Below, in pieces: positions 26,916 to 36,143 of a stretch of 64,000 nt of DNA. A program made the translations under genes and the position numbers. Origin of the DNA: a virus (lineage: Duplodnaviria > Heunggongvirae > Uroviricota > Caudoviricetes); the IMG/VR virus record IMGVR_UViG_3300021963_000032; one strand, written 5' to 3'. Numbering within the stretch: the stretch's first letter is position 1; each line of letters opens with the position of its first letter. Under the pieces are notes generated by a model that did no database searches, was not told the origin of the DNA, and saw only the letters and a program-made list of their open reading frames with translations.

Positions 26916-27365
26916 ATGAAAAAAGACACAGTTATATTCGATTTAGATGGCACATTGGCTTTGATTGATGAAAGAAGAGCTTTGGCCGCAAAACCAAACG
27001 GAAAGATCAATTGGAAAATATTCTTTGCTCCAGAGAACATTGCATTGGATAAACCAAATACACCGGTTATGTCGGCATTTCACGGATTTAAGCGCCAAGG
27101 GTTCGATGTAGTTATTTTCTCAGGAAGAGATGAAATAAGTCGCGCTGAAACCATAGCATGGCTAGACGGCTACGATATTGAACCAGATGCCTTGAAGATG
27201 AGACCACAAGGATCTTTCACACCGGATGATATCTTGAAGAAACAGTGGTTAGATGAGTTGGGAGCAGACAAAGTGTTCTGTGTATTCGATGACAGAGATA
27301 AAGTAGTACAAATGTGGAGAGACAATGGATTAACTTGTTTCCAAGTAGCTCCGGGTAATTTTTAA
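26916..27365 (+). CDS. HAD-family phosphatase (polynucleotide 3'-phosphatase-like)
   Basis: VIFDLDGTLA HAD motif I and FSGRDE motif II region, adjacent to the kinase, CCA enzyme and RNA ligase. Confidence 0.5.
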   Translation: MKKDTVIFDLDGTLALIDERRALAAKPNGKINWKIFFAPENIALDKPNTPVMSAFHGFKRQGFDVVIFSGRDEISRAETIAWLDGYDIEPDALKMRPQGSFTPDDILKKQWLDELGADKVFCVFDDRDKVVQMWRDNGLTCFQVAPGNF

Positions 27366-27368
27366 GTT

Positions 27369-27755
27369 ATGAAAGAGTTATTCTTATTAAGAGGTTTGCC
27401 TGGAAGTGGTAAGTCTACGTTAGCTAAAACATTAGGAGGACTTCACTACGAAGCTGATATGTACTTTACAAATGCTGCAGGAGACTATAAGTTTGATCCC
27501 ACTGGTTTACGTAGCGCACATGAGTGGTGCCGAGATTTAGTCTGGGTAGCTATGACTAAGTCTGAACCACTTGTAGTAGTATCAAACACATTCACTCAGG
27601 AGTGGGAGATGGAAGCTTACTACAAATTAGCTGAGAAGTATGGATATCGAGTATCGTCATTGATAGTTGAGAACCGTCACGGAGGAGTAAATGAGCATGG
27701 AGTACCAGCTGACAAGTTGGAACAAATGAAGAATAGATTCGAAGTAAAACTATAA
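27369..27755 (+). CDS. P-loop polynucleotide 5'-kinase-like protein
   Basis: LLRGLPGSGKSTLAK resembles the T4 Pnk-type kinase Walker A. Confidence 0.5.
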   Translation: MKELFLLRGLPGSGKSTLAKTLGGLHYEADMYFTNAAGDYKFDPTGLRSAHEWCRDLVWVAMTKSEPLVVVSNTFTQEWEMEAYYKLAEKYGYRVSSLIVENRHGGVNEHGVPADKLEQMKNRFEVKL

Positions 27756-27772
27756 AAAGTTTTGCACAACTG

Positions 27773-27810
27773 TTGCATCAACGGAAAATAGGTACGACCT
27801 TTAGATATAA
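27773..27810 (+). promoter_or_regulatory. Conserved phage promoter (TTGCA-N22-CTTTAGATATAA)
   Basis: Family motif upstream of the ATG at 27828. Confidence 0.5.
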
Positions 27811-27827
27811 TTAAAAACACACAAGTT

Positions 27828-28577
27828 ATGCCAAAGATTTACAAAGTAGGAGGTTGCGTTAGGGATACGTTTCTAGGTATTGATTCGAAGGATATTGATT
27901 TTACCTTTGTGTTAGATAACATTGACAGATCCGTAGAGGAAGGGTTTCAGATAATGACTGAGTACCTAGAACATAAGGGATTCACAATCTTCTTATCGAC
28001 TCCACAGATGTTTACAATTAGAGCTAAGTTCCCAAGTACAGACGGACCTTATGCTAGATACTGCGGTATGGTTGCAGACTTTGTGTTAGCGAGAAAGGAA
28101 GTTGGATATGTTCCAGGAACGAGACAACCGATTCTTGAGTTAGGTACGTTAGAAGATGACCTTATTAGAAGAGACTTCACTCTGAATGCACTAGCTGTAG
28201 ATGAGGACGGAAATCTAATTGATCTTTTCAATGGCGTTAACGATCTAAAGGTAGGCTTACTCAGAACTCCATTAGATCCAAAAGTCACAATGATGGATGA
28301 TCCATTGAGGTTTTTAAGAGCTTTGAGGTTTAGTATCACTAAAGACTTTACGATTGCTCTTGAGATATTCGATGCTATACAAAACCAACCTGAGATTCTA
28401 GAGAAGCTAGAAAAAGTAGTCTCTGCAGAGAGAATTAGAGAAGAGGTTTTCAAAATGATGAATGCTGACACTGTAAAGACTTTGGAGTTGTTTAGAATCG
28501 TAGAAGAGATGGTTCCAGGATTCACTAAGCTAGTATTCAGCAAAGGTCTATGGTTGAAACCAACATTTGAACAATAA
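27828..28577 (+). CDS. cca: Class II nucleotidyltransferase: CCA-adding enzyme / poly(A) polymerase head domain
   Basis: VGGCVRDTFLGIDSKDIDF and RRDFTLNAL signatures. Confidence 0.65.
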   Translation: MPKIYKVGGCVRDTFLGIDSKDIDFTFVLDNIDRSVEEGFQIMTEYLEHKGFTIFLSTPQMFTIRAKFPSTDGPYARYCGMVADFVLARKEVGYVPGTRQPILELGTLEDDLIRRDFTLNALAVDEDGNLIDLFNGVNDLKVGLLRTPLDPKVTMMDDPLRFLRALRFSITKDFTIALEIFDAIQNQPEILEKLEKVVSAERIREEVFKMMNADTVKTLELFRIVEEMVPGFTKLVFSKGLWLKPTFEQ

Positions 28578-28595
28578 ATAAATACACAATAAGAA

Positions 28596-29735
28596 ATGGA
28601 AAATAACAACAGCGTATGTTACGTAGGACTCGTAACAGAAGTAAAAGCCATCGAAGGAGCTGACAACATTGAGTTAGCAGTAGTTGGTGGATGGAATGCA
28701 ATCACTAAGAAAGGTGAATATGCAGTAGGTGATAAAGTTGTAGTAGCTACAACAGATGCAGTCATTCCAGTTGGGTTATCTGACTTAATGCAAGTGACTA
28801 ACTACTTGCGTAAAGGACAACGAGTGAGAACCGTTAAGTTGCGAGGAGTATACTCTGAGTGCTTATTAATCCCATTTAAGTATCTAGCTCCTAAGTCATT
28901 GGAAAAGAATGTTAAGGATGGTGATGACATGATGGAGATCTTAGGAGTAACCAAGTACGAGCCACCGGTAAGACAAGTTCAGTTATCATCTGGAAGAAAG
29001 GTCAAATACAAAGACAATCCAAACTTCCATGTCTACTACAAGTTCCCTAACTTGAAGAATGTAGCTGGGATGTTTACTGAGGAAGATGTAGTTGAGATCA
29101 CTAGAAAGATTCATGGTACCAATGCTCGCTATGGTATTGTCAAAAAGACTAGCTTGTCTTTCATGGACAAAGTTAAAAAGTTCTTCCGCTTAGGTGGAGA
29201 GTGGATTGATTATGAGTATGTGTACGGATCTCACAACGTTGAGAAAGGTTCTGACTCACAAGGATTCTACTCTACAGATGTTTGGAGAACAATTGCTGAC
29301 AAGTACCAAATCAAAGAAAAGCTTTGGACGATTGTTAAGGAAGAGTACACTCCAGAACAGTTGGGAGCAGGGATTGTAATGTATGGTGAAATCTACGGAG
29401 CAGGTATTCAGAAGAATTACGAGTACGGATTAACTGATATGGAGTTTGTCGGGTTCGACTTCTCTGAGGATGGAACATACTTTGCACCACTCACATCACA
29501 ATATGCTATCAAAAACGTGATGGGATTACCATATGTAGAGCAATTGCATTTCGGACCATGGACACAAGAAGTACAAGACAAGTATGTGTTCAATAACTTC
29601 ATCGAAGGTACTAAGGTGCCACACGAGGGAATTGTAATCAAGTACCACACTGGTCAGCGAAACAAAGTAGCTAAAGTAATCAACCCAGACTACTTGATCT
29701 ACGGAGAGAAACACAACGTAGGAGACTCACACTAA
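28596..29735 (+). CDS. ATP-dependent RNA ligase (Rnl2/Rnl5-like) with N-terminal OB-like domain
   Basis: Motif I KIHGTN, motif IV EGIVIK, motif V KVAKVINP. N-terminal VGLVTEVKAIEGADNIELAVVGGWNAI OB-like segment. Confidence 0.6.
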   Translation: MENNNSVCYVGLVTEVKAIEGADNIELAVVGGWNAITKKGEYAVGDKVVVATTDAVIPVGLSDLMQVTNYLRKGQRVRTVKLRGVYSECLLIPFKYLAPKSLEKNVKDGDDMMEILGVTKYEPPVRQVQLSSGRKVKYKDNPNFHVYYKFPNLKNVAGMFTEEDVVEITRKIHGTNARYGIVKKTSLSFMDKVKKFFRLGGEWIDYEYVYGSHNVEKGSDSQGFYSTDVWRTIADKYQIKEKLWTIVKEEYTPEQLGAGIVMYGEIYGAGIQKNYEYGLTDMEFVGFDFSEDGTYFAPLTSQYAIKNVMGLPYVEQLHFGPWTQEVQDKYVFNNFIEGTKVPHEGIVIKYHTGQRNKVAKVINPDYLIYGEKHNVGDSH

Positions 29736-30043
29736 TGGTAGCACGAACGAAGATAGGAAGCTTTCGAGCAACTTGGGTGTTGAGGCATCGATGGGAAGAA
29801 GGATCTGAAAGCATTTTAAAAAACTATGAGGCTAATAATATTAGACGTACATGGGAGCTGGGTATTTGGGCAAAACGATCTAAAGCAGTTGGTCGCAGAA
29901 AAGCTGGTAAAGATAAAGCTGATACCATTATTAAGACGTTCGGATCCGATAATCACGTAAACTGCTACATGATAGGATTAAATTTAATTATTGCTAAAGT
30001 TTGGGTTGATTTCAAATTCAGCCCAACACTTGGCACAAAATAA
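29735..30043 (+). CDS. hypothetical protein
   Basis: ORF with ATGA coupling. Confidence 0.3.
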   Translation: MVARTKIGSFRATWVLRHRWEEGSESILKNYEANNIRRTWELGIWAKRSKAVGRRKAGKDKADTIIKTFGSDNHVNCYMIGLNLIIAKVWVDFKFSPTLGTK

Positions 30044-30053
30044 AACTTATACA

Positions 30054-30317
30054 ATGTTTAAAGGTTTTGGAAATTTTAGAAATGCAATACTGATAGTTCT
30101 AGGAATGGGTTTGATGTATGTTCCAATTGTCTACTTCGCAAAGCAGGAATCGATGCAATGTGATGAAGTAGTATTCCTCGAGGGTGAATTGAGTATGGAC
30201 GTAAGGGAGGTAAACTCTCACGACAATGGAATGTCTACTATCTATCTGTGTGATGGAAAAGTATTAAAGGTACCAACTAGAAGAATAATTAAAATAGTAG
30301 ATAAAGATGTTCGATAA
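30054..30317 (+). CDS. hypothetical membrane protein
   Basis: TM helix AILIVLGMGLMYVPIVYF. Confidence 0.35.
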   Translation: MFKGFGNFRNAILIVLGMGLMYVPIVYFAKQESMQCDEVVFLEGELSMDVREVNSHDNGMSTIYLCDGKVLKVPTRRIIKIVDKDVR

Positions 30318-30876
30318 GATAAGACGATGGTGGCGATGGGAAGCACGCTACATGCATAGAGATTTTGCTCAAGGAGTAAAGAACTTGTGGAAATGGTTTC
30401 CAACTATTTGGAAAGATCGAGATTGGGATGAACATTTCATTTATGAATTGCTTCGTGTGAAGTTAGAGTTCCAAGCCGAGTACATTGGAAGCAGAGACAT
30501 ACACACTACGGCAAAGCGTGATGCTGAGTTAATGAGATTAGTGGCTCGATTGATTAAGCTTCAGCAAGATGACCACTACGGCATGGAGTATATGGAATAC
30601 CACGATCAAGATCTTAATTGGGTAGACATAGAAGATCGTCCAGGATATGTTGAAGCAGTGTTTGATCAAAAGTCTGAGAGGTTTGATGAGTTCTTTGCAA
30701 AGTACCCTAGACAATACAAGCGAGTAGCTAGTGGTGAAATCAATCGATACAGACGTGAGTTCTCTAAGAAAGATAAGCAGGAAATCGCAATGGAGATTGC
30801 TCACGAGAATCAGGCACGTTGTCAGAAGCTACTATTCAGCATCATGCACGAGCATATCCAAGGATGGTGGGACTAA
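30307..30876 (+). CDS. hypothetical protein
   Basis: ORF. Confidence 0.4.
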   Translation: MFDKIRRWWRWEARYMHRDFAQGVKNLWKWFPTIWKDRDWDEHFIYELLRVKLEFQAEYIGSRDIHTTAKRDAELMRLVARLIKLQQDDHYGMEYMEYHDQDLNWVDIEDRPGYVEAVFDQKSERFDEFFAKYPRQYKRVASGEINRYRREFSKKDKQEIAMEIAHENQARCQKLLFSIMHEHIQGWWD

Positions 30877-31253
30877 TGAAAGAGGTACAAGATAGAGTTT
30901 GGGCTAAGGTCAAAGAACTTAGAAAGCAGGGCAAATTACCAGATTGGTCAGATGAAGACTTTAAAGATGAACCATCAGCATTAGCGAACTCCCAATACAG
31001 ATTACAAAGTGACCCAGCAGGATTCTTAGGACCACAACACTCTCAGCACCTGGTTGGAAAGACATTCATGTATAATGGTCCTTATGGACTTCACGAATGG
31101 ACTGACAAAGTAAGCCAAGTAACGATGTGTAAAGAAATGCACAGTGAACCTGGAAAGTTGCTTAGTGTAATGGGTTATAAAGTGGAGTGGTATGTAAGAG
31201 CTTCACGAACAAATTACATTTATCCATTAAAAGAGGTAATTTTTTTAGATTAA
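30876..31253 (+). CDS. hypothetical protein
   Basis: ORF with a TAATG overlap start. Confidence 0.35.
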   Translation: MKEVQDRVWAKVKELRKQGKLPDWSDEDFKDEPSALANSQYRLQSDPAGFLGPQHSQHLVGKTFMYNGPYGLHEWTDKVSQVTMCKEMHSEPGKLLSVMGYKVEWYVRASRTNYIYPLKEVIFLD

Positions 31254-31256
31254 CTG

Positions 31257-31288
31257 TTGCAAATACGAATCAAAGGTAGTATATTTAG
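31257..31288 (+). promoter_or_regulatory. Conserved phage promoter (TTGCAAATACG...TAGTATATTTAG)
   Basis: Family motif 4 nt upstream of the ATG at 31292. Confidence 0.5.
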
Positions 31289-31291
31289 AGC

Positions 31292-31528
31292 ATGAAAGAA
31301 AGACAGAATAAAACACCGTCAGGTTTAAGAGTAGGAATCACAGCGTTGGCCTTCGGTATAATGACGACACTCTATGGAGAGTATATTGTCAGCAGAGAGG
31401 TTCCAAGTTATGTGGTAGGATTGTGCACCATAGTGGTGGTAGCATCTTTAGGATACACAATAAAGAGTATTATCGAGTATATAGACTCAAAGTTTAATAA
31501 ATCAGTTACAAACAAAAAACAAAAGTAA
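31292..31528 (+). CDS. small membrane protein
   Basis: Two TM helices. Confidence 0.4.
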   Translation: MKERQNKTPSGLRVGITALAFGIMTTLYGEYIVSREVPSYVVGLCTIVVVASLGYTIKSIIEYIDSKFNKSVTNKKQK

Positions 31529-31531
31529 ATT

Positions 31532-32476
31532 ATGTTATTTAGTATTATTTTAATTATCGCAGCTGTAGGGTTTGCTGCATTCAGAATCATCAAAGGACTT
31601 TCTCTAGTGGAGAATGCAGGTTATAATGACGCAACGGCTAAAGCAAAGGGTCGTAGTATGGTTCGGACGGGAATTGTAGTTGCAATTTTAGGATTACTTG
31701 TTGGTATGTTTCAACCATTTTCATTGGAACGAATCGATGCAGGTAATAAAGGTTTGAAAGTAAACTTAACCGGATCAGATAGAGGAGTTGCAAAATACCA
31801 ATATAAAACAGGATGGGTATTGTATAACAGCTGGACTGAACAAGTTAAAGAATTTCCATTATTCCAACAACACATTGAATACGATGCACAAGAAGTAATC
31901 ACTAAGGGAGGTTTCTCGGCTACTATCAAACCAAGCTTCAACTACTCACTACGAGAGGATGCTATTGGAGATATGTTTGTCAACCTACGCTTAGACATTA
32001 AGGAGATCGAGCAGGGCTGGTTAAAGAATGCTATTGTAAGTTCAGTTAATGACGTTGCGAACCGATGGGAAGTAGATGCCATCTTTAATAAACGAGAAGA
32101 GTTTGAAGCAGCAATTATTGTAGAGTGTAATAAAAGAGTATCTAAATGGTTCACTGTATCTCAGTTGCGAACTAATATAGTACCACCAGCATCACTACAA
32201 AAAGCTATCGAGGGTAAGACTAAAGCGGTCCAAGAAGCTCAAGCTGCGCAGCAACGTACACTAGTAGCTCAAGCTGAGGCATTAGAAAAGATGGCTATTG
32301 CTCGAGGTGACTCTGCTAAGACTATCATTAATGCTCAAGCTGCTGCTCTAGCTATGAAGATCAAACAGAAAGAGCTATCTCCACTTTATGTAGAGTTTGT
32401 GAAAGCATCTTCATGGGATGGTAAGTTACCAACTACAGTTGCAGGTAATGCAGGAACATTCTTGAACATCAAATAA
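31532..32476 (+). CDS. SPFH/band-7 (prohibitin-like) domain membrane protein
   Basis: N-terminal TM helix. Ala/Gln-rich C-terminal coiled-coil (QEAQAAQQRTLVAQAEALEKMAIARG) typical of the HflK/C-like family. Confidence 0.4.
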   Translation: MLFSIILIIAAVGFAAFRIIKGLSLVENAGYNDATAKAKGRSMVRTGIVVAILGLLVGMFQPFSLERIDAGNKGLKVNLTGSDRGVAKYQYKTGWVLYNSWTEQVKEFPLFQQHIEYDAQEVITKGGFSATIKPSFNYSLREDAIGDMFVNLRLDIKEIEQGWLKNAIVSSVNDVANRWEVDAIFNKREEFEAAIIVECNKRVSKWFTVSQLRTNIVPPASLQKAIEGKTKAVQEAQAAQQRTLVAQAEALEKMAIARGDSAKTIINAQAAALAMKIKQKELSPLYVEFVKASSWDGKLPTTVAGNAGTFLNIK

Positions 32477-32483
32477 CAACCAA

Positions 32484-32512
32484 CACCTAAATAAATTAAC
32501 CCTCCTAGTGAG
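32484..32512 (+). terminator. Rho-independent terminator
   Basis: CCCTCctagtgAGGG followed by TTTTTTT. Confidence 0.6.
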
Positions 32513-32532
32513 GGTTTTTTTATGTTCAGCTG

Positions 32533-32568
32533 TTGCATAAACGAATAGGAAGGAGTATCTTTAGGTAT
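32533..32568 (+). promoter_or_regulatory. Conserved phage promoter (TTGCA-N22-CTTTAGGTATAA)
   Basis: Family motif upstream of the ATG at 32584. Confidence 0.55.
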
Positions 32569-32583
32569 AAACAAAAGCAAGTT

Positions 32584-33441
32584 ATGATAGTATTAGATTT
32601 AACAAACCCAGTAAACTCCTCAGTGAAGTATCAGGTTAATAAGTTTCCTGACGGACAGCAGTCCATTACTTTACTTAATAGTCATCATTTTTGGACATTG
32701 AAGAATGAGACAATAAAGATCCATAGTCACCTTAATTCGTTCGCAGACTTGGAGTTAATTATTTGTGCTAAGAAGGTTTTAGATAACCTAGGAACTCCTC
32801 AAGTAATACTACACGTTCCATACTTCCTAGGAGCTAGATCGGATCGTAGGTTTGAAGAGGGAACAGTTCACTACCTTAAAGAGGTAATCTGTCCTATTAT
32901 CAACTCACTGAAGTTTGATGCAGTGGTAGTATTAGATCCTCACTCAGATGTACTTGAAGCTTGTCTCGATAACATGGTGAAGATCGACAACCACTTAATT
33001 GTGAAGTCTGCATTGACTGCAATTGACAATAAGAATGATGCACGAGATCGAATCTGCTTAGTGTCACCTGACGCTGGTGCTTACAAGAAGATCTTTGATG
33101 TAGCTAAGAAGTTCGACATTGATAAAGTGATTACAGCTACAAAGGTCCGAGACTTGAAGACCGGTAAGATCTTACATACAGAAGTTCCTACACCAGACAT
33201 GCACAACGACATTAAATATGTGATTGTCGATGACATCTGTGATGGTGGTAGAACTTTCACTGAGATTGCAAAGGCTATCAAAGCTGTTAGACCAACTGCT
33301 AAAATCTATCTAGTAGTAACTCACGGAATCTTCTCAGGTGGTGAAAAGCCTTTGAAAGAGTACTTTGAGCATGTATACACTACTAATAGTGTGAAGGAAG
33401 GTGAGTCAGATTTTGTTACACGATACAACGTATTCAAATGA
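32584..33441 (+). CDS. prs: Ribose-phosphate pyrophosphokinase homolog (PRPP synthetase-like, candidate ADP-ribose pyrophosphokinase)
   Basis: VIVDDICDGGRTFTEIAK matches the PRPP/PRT-binding motif DDxxDTGxT. The N-terminal Prs-like domain is present. The start is set after the promoter. Confidence 0.6.
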   Translation: MIVLDLTNPVNSSVKYQVNKFPDGQQSITLLNSHHFWTLKNETIKIHSHLNSFADLELIICAKKVLDNLGTPQVILHVPYFLGARSDRRFEEGTVHYLKEVICPIINSLKFDAVVVLDPHSDVLEACLDNMVKIDNHLIVKSALTAIDNKNDARDRICLVSPDAGAYKKIFDVAKKFDIDKVITATKVRDLKTGKILHTEVPTPDMHNDIKYVIVDDICDGGRTFTEIAKAIKAVRPTAKIYLVVTHGIFSGGEKPLKEYFEHVYTTNSVKEGESDFVTRYNVFK

Positions 33442-33878
33442 TAGTGTACCACAAAGACTTCTTCATCAACAGATTAGTGAAGGAGTGGCTCAACCACGAG
33501 AAGTTAGTCATCGCATGCGACTTAGATGACACAATCATTCCATACAACCTAGAGCTAACACAAAGCTGTGCAGATGTTGTTGAGTTGATACTAGATTGCC
33601 AAAAGGAAGGAATTGTATTCATTATCAATACAGCACGAGAACGATCCAAGTTGATTGATAGTGTAGGCCAAGTAGAGGATTTAGGAATCAAAGTACACTC
33701 AGTTAACGAAATGCCTCCCTATTGGACACTACCAATTGGAGTATCAGGTAAAGTGTATGCTAACATATTCTTAGACGATCGAGGTGGATTGGAATGTACC
33801 AAGCACCAATTGCGTAAAGCATTGGAGATAGTAAAACAGATAAGAGAACAACAAAAAATACAGAATGAAAGTAATTAA
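33438..33878 (+). CDS. HAD-like hydrolase
   Basis: VIACDLDDTIIP matches the DxDxT motif. Confidence 0.4.
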   Translation: MIVYHKDFFINRLVKEWLNHEKLVIACDLDDTIIPYNLELTQSCADVVELILDCQKEGIVFIINTARERSKLIDSVGQVEDLGIKVHSVNEMPPYWTLPIGVSGKVYANIFLDDRGGLECTKHQLRKALEIVKQIREQQKIQNESN

Positions 33879-34341
33879 ACCACCACATGCAATAACTGAA
33901 AGAACGTACGGACATCCAACTATCTTCCTAGCTGGAAGTATTGAGATGGGTAAAGCAGAGGATTGGCAATCACAGATGGAATGGCTATTTCGTGATAAAG
34001 ATGTAACCATATTTAATCCTCGCAGAGAGGAATGGGATTCGTCTTGGACTCAGGACATTGAGAATCCACAATTCTATCAGCAAGTGAATTGGGAGTTGAA
34101 TGCATTAGAGAAGAGTGATCTAATCTTTATGTACTTTGCACCTGGAACGCAATCACCAATATCACTACTAGAGCTTGGACTATTTGCACACACCGGTAAG
34201 TTGGTTGTATGCTGTCCGGAAGGTTTTTGGAGAAAGGGTAATGTTGATATCGTTTGTGATAGATATGGCATTCCAGTATTCTCAAATGTAGTAGCAGCTC
34301 AGGGAGAATTATACAGCAGATGGTTAGAATTATTTAAGTAA
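33865..34341 (+). CDS. Nucleoside 2-deoxyribosyltransferase-like (Rcl/YtoQ family) protein
   Basis: IFLAGSIEMG...FNPRREEWDS...LIFMYF pattern of the deoxyribosyltransferase fold. Confidence 0.45.
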   Translation: MKVIKPPHAITERTYGHPTIFLAGSIEMGKAEDWQSQMEWLFRDKDVTIFNPRREEWDSSWTQDIENPQFYQQVNWELNALEKSDLIFMYFAPGTQSPISLLELGLFAHTGKLVVCCPEGFWRKGNVDIVCDRYGIPVFSNVVAAQGELYSRWLELFK

Positions 34342-34345
34342 ACTG

Positions 34346-34383
34346 TTGCATATTCAAAAAGGAATAAGTAAATTTAGGTATAA
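34346..34383 (+). promoter_or_regulatory. Conserved phage promoter (TTGCA-N22-ATTTAGGTATAA)
   Basis: Family motif upstream of the ATG at 34399. Confidence 0.5.
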
Positions 34384-34398
34384 CAAAAAAAGAGAAAT

Positions 34399-35910
34399 AT
34401 GAATCCATTATTTTTAACAGACGGGTACAAGACGGGACACCACAAGCAGTATCCAGAGGGAACCACATTAGTGTATTCCAACTTCACACCACGTAGCAAC
34501 AAGTATGCTCCGAAGGGTTGTGATAAAGTAGTATCATTTGGTCAGCAATTGATCATGAAACAGATCCACGAAGCCTTTGAGAAAGACTTCTTTCATCAAC
34601 CAAAGGAGCACGTGTGTGCTGAGATCAAACGTGAGTTGTCAATGTACTTAGGTACCGACTATGACGTATCTCACTTCGAGGCGTTATGGGATCTACAGTA
34701 TCTTCCAATCAAAGTGAAAGCTATTAAAGAAGGTACATTGGTTCCAATTAAAGTTCCAGTGTTAACAATCGTCAACACACATCCAGACTTCTATTGGATC
34801 ACTAACTACTTGGAAACAATCATCTCCAATATGTTATGGAAGCCAATGACCTCTGCAACAATTGCACATCAGTACAAGAAAGTACTAGAGCATTGGGCTG
34901 AGAAGACTAACCGTGATGCGATGGAGTTTGTTAATTGGCAGGGACATGACTTCTCTATGAGAGGTATGGATTCTACTGAAGCGGTTATCTCTTCGGGATT
35001 AGGTCACTTAACTTCATTCCTAGGATCTGACTCACTTCCAGCTATCTACGGAGCTAGAAAGTATTACGGTGAGACAGAGTTTGTTGCAGGATCAGTAAAT
35101 GCTACAGAGCACTCAGTAATGTGTGCAGGTACAAAGGATGACGAGGTTGGAACATTCCGTCGCTTGTTGACCGAGACTTATCCATCAGGAATCTTATCAG
35201 TAGTATCTGACACTTGGGATTTGTGGAAAGTATGTACCGAACACGTAGTTACATTAAAAGATGAGATTATGGCTCGTGACGGTAAGTTAGTTATCCGTCC
35301 TGACTCAGGTGACCCAGTAGATATTCTTTGTGGTTTAAATACTAGAAGTGAAGAATTTAAGAAAAATTGGTTGGACACTGCTACTCGAAATAATGGTGAA
35401 TATGAAGGAGTTATTGAAATACTTTGGAATGTATTCGGAGGAACTATCAATGAACAAGGTTACAAAGTACTTGACCCACACATCGGAGCAATCTACGGAG
35501 ACTCAATCACAATCGACAGAGCAAATGAAATCTGTGCTAGATTAGAAGCAAAAGGGTTTGCATCTACAAACGTAGTGCTAGGTATCGGATCATTCACATA
35601 CCAATACAACACACGTGATACATTTGGGTTTGCAATGAAAGCAACCTATGTTGAGGTGAATGGTGAAGGTAGAGAGATATTCAAAGATCCAATCACAGAT
35701 GATGGAACTAAGAAGTCTGCAACCGGATTGCTATGTGTTCAACCACTGAGTGACGGAAGCATCTACTTAATGGACAAAGTTAGTTGGGATAGTGAAGATA
35801 AGGGACTACTCGCTAGCATCTATGTTGATGGTAAGTTCCACAATGTTACTACTCTGTCAGATGTTCGTGCTAACTTGAGAACTGCTAACCTATTAGAAGA
35901 GCTAGTGTAA
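34399..35910 (+). CDS. nadV: Nicotinamide phosphoribosyltransferase homolog (NAMPT/NadV-like, or NARP1 Namat-like)
   Basis: N-terminal LFLTDGYKTGHHKQYP matches the NAMPT TDSYKxxHxxQYP signature. The 503-aa length fits the family. Confidence 0.65.
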   Translation: MNPLFLTDGYKTGHHKQYPEGTTLVYSNFTPRSNKYAPKGCDKVVSFGQQLIMKQIHEAFEKDFFHQPKEHVCAEIKRELSMYLGTDYDVSHFEALWDLQYLPIKVKAIKEGTLVPIKVPVLTIVNTHPDFYWITNYLETIISNMLWKPMTSATIAHQYKKVLEHWAEKTNRDAMEFVNWQGHDFSMRGMDSTEAVISSGLGHLTSFLGSDSLPAIYGARKYYGETEFVAGSVNATEHSVMCAGTKDDEVGTFRRLLTETYPSGILSVVSDTWDLWKVCTEHVVTLKDEIMARDGKLVIRPDSGDPVDILCGLNTRSEEFKKNWLDTATRNNGEYEGVIEILWNVFGGTINEQGYKVLDPHIGAIYGDSITIDRANEICARLEAKGFASTNVVLGIGSFTYQYNTRDTFGFAMKATYVEVNGEGREIFKDPITDDGTKKSATGLLCVQPLSDGSIYLMDKVSWDSEDKGLLASIYVDGKFHNVTTLSDVRANLRTANLLEELV

Positions 35911-36143
35911 TGGAAAGGAGACCAATATTTATAATTCGCTTACCAAAGAATACAACGGAAGGCGATTATATGATAGCCAAAGAGTCTTTAGAAAGGTATG
36001 AAGCCTTATACAAAGACTATCATGTTCTACTAATCGCTGGGAACCAAAACAGACAGACTGAGTTTGAATGCTACGGACATACTCTGACTGATATTGAATT
36101 GGATGAGTTGAAACAAAAAGTACTAAAGCAATATGAAGGATAA
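35910..36143 (+). CDS. hypothetical protein
   Basis: ORF with ATGG overlap. Confidence 0.35.
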   Translation: MERRPIFIIRLPKNTTEGDYMIAKESLERYEALYKDYHVLLIAGNQNRQTEFECYGHTLTDIELDELKQKVLKQYEG

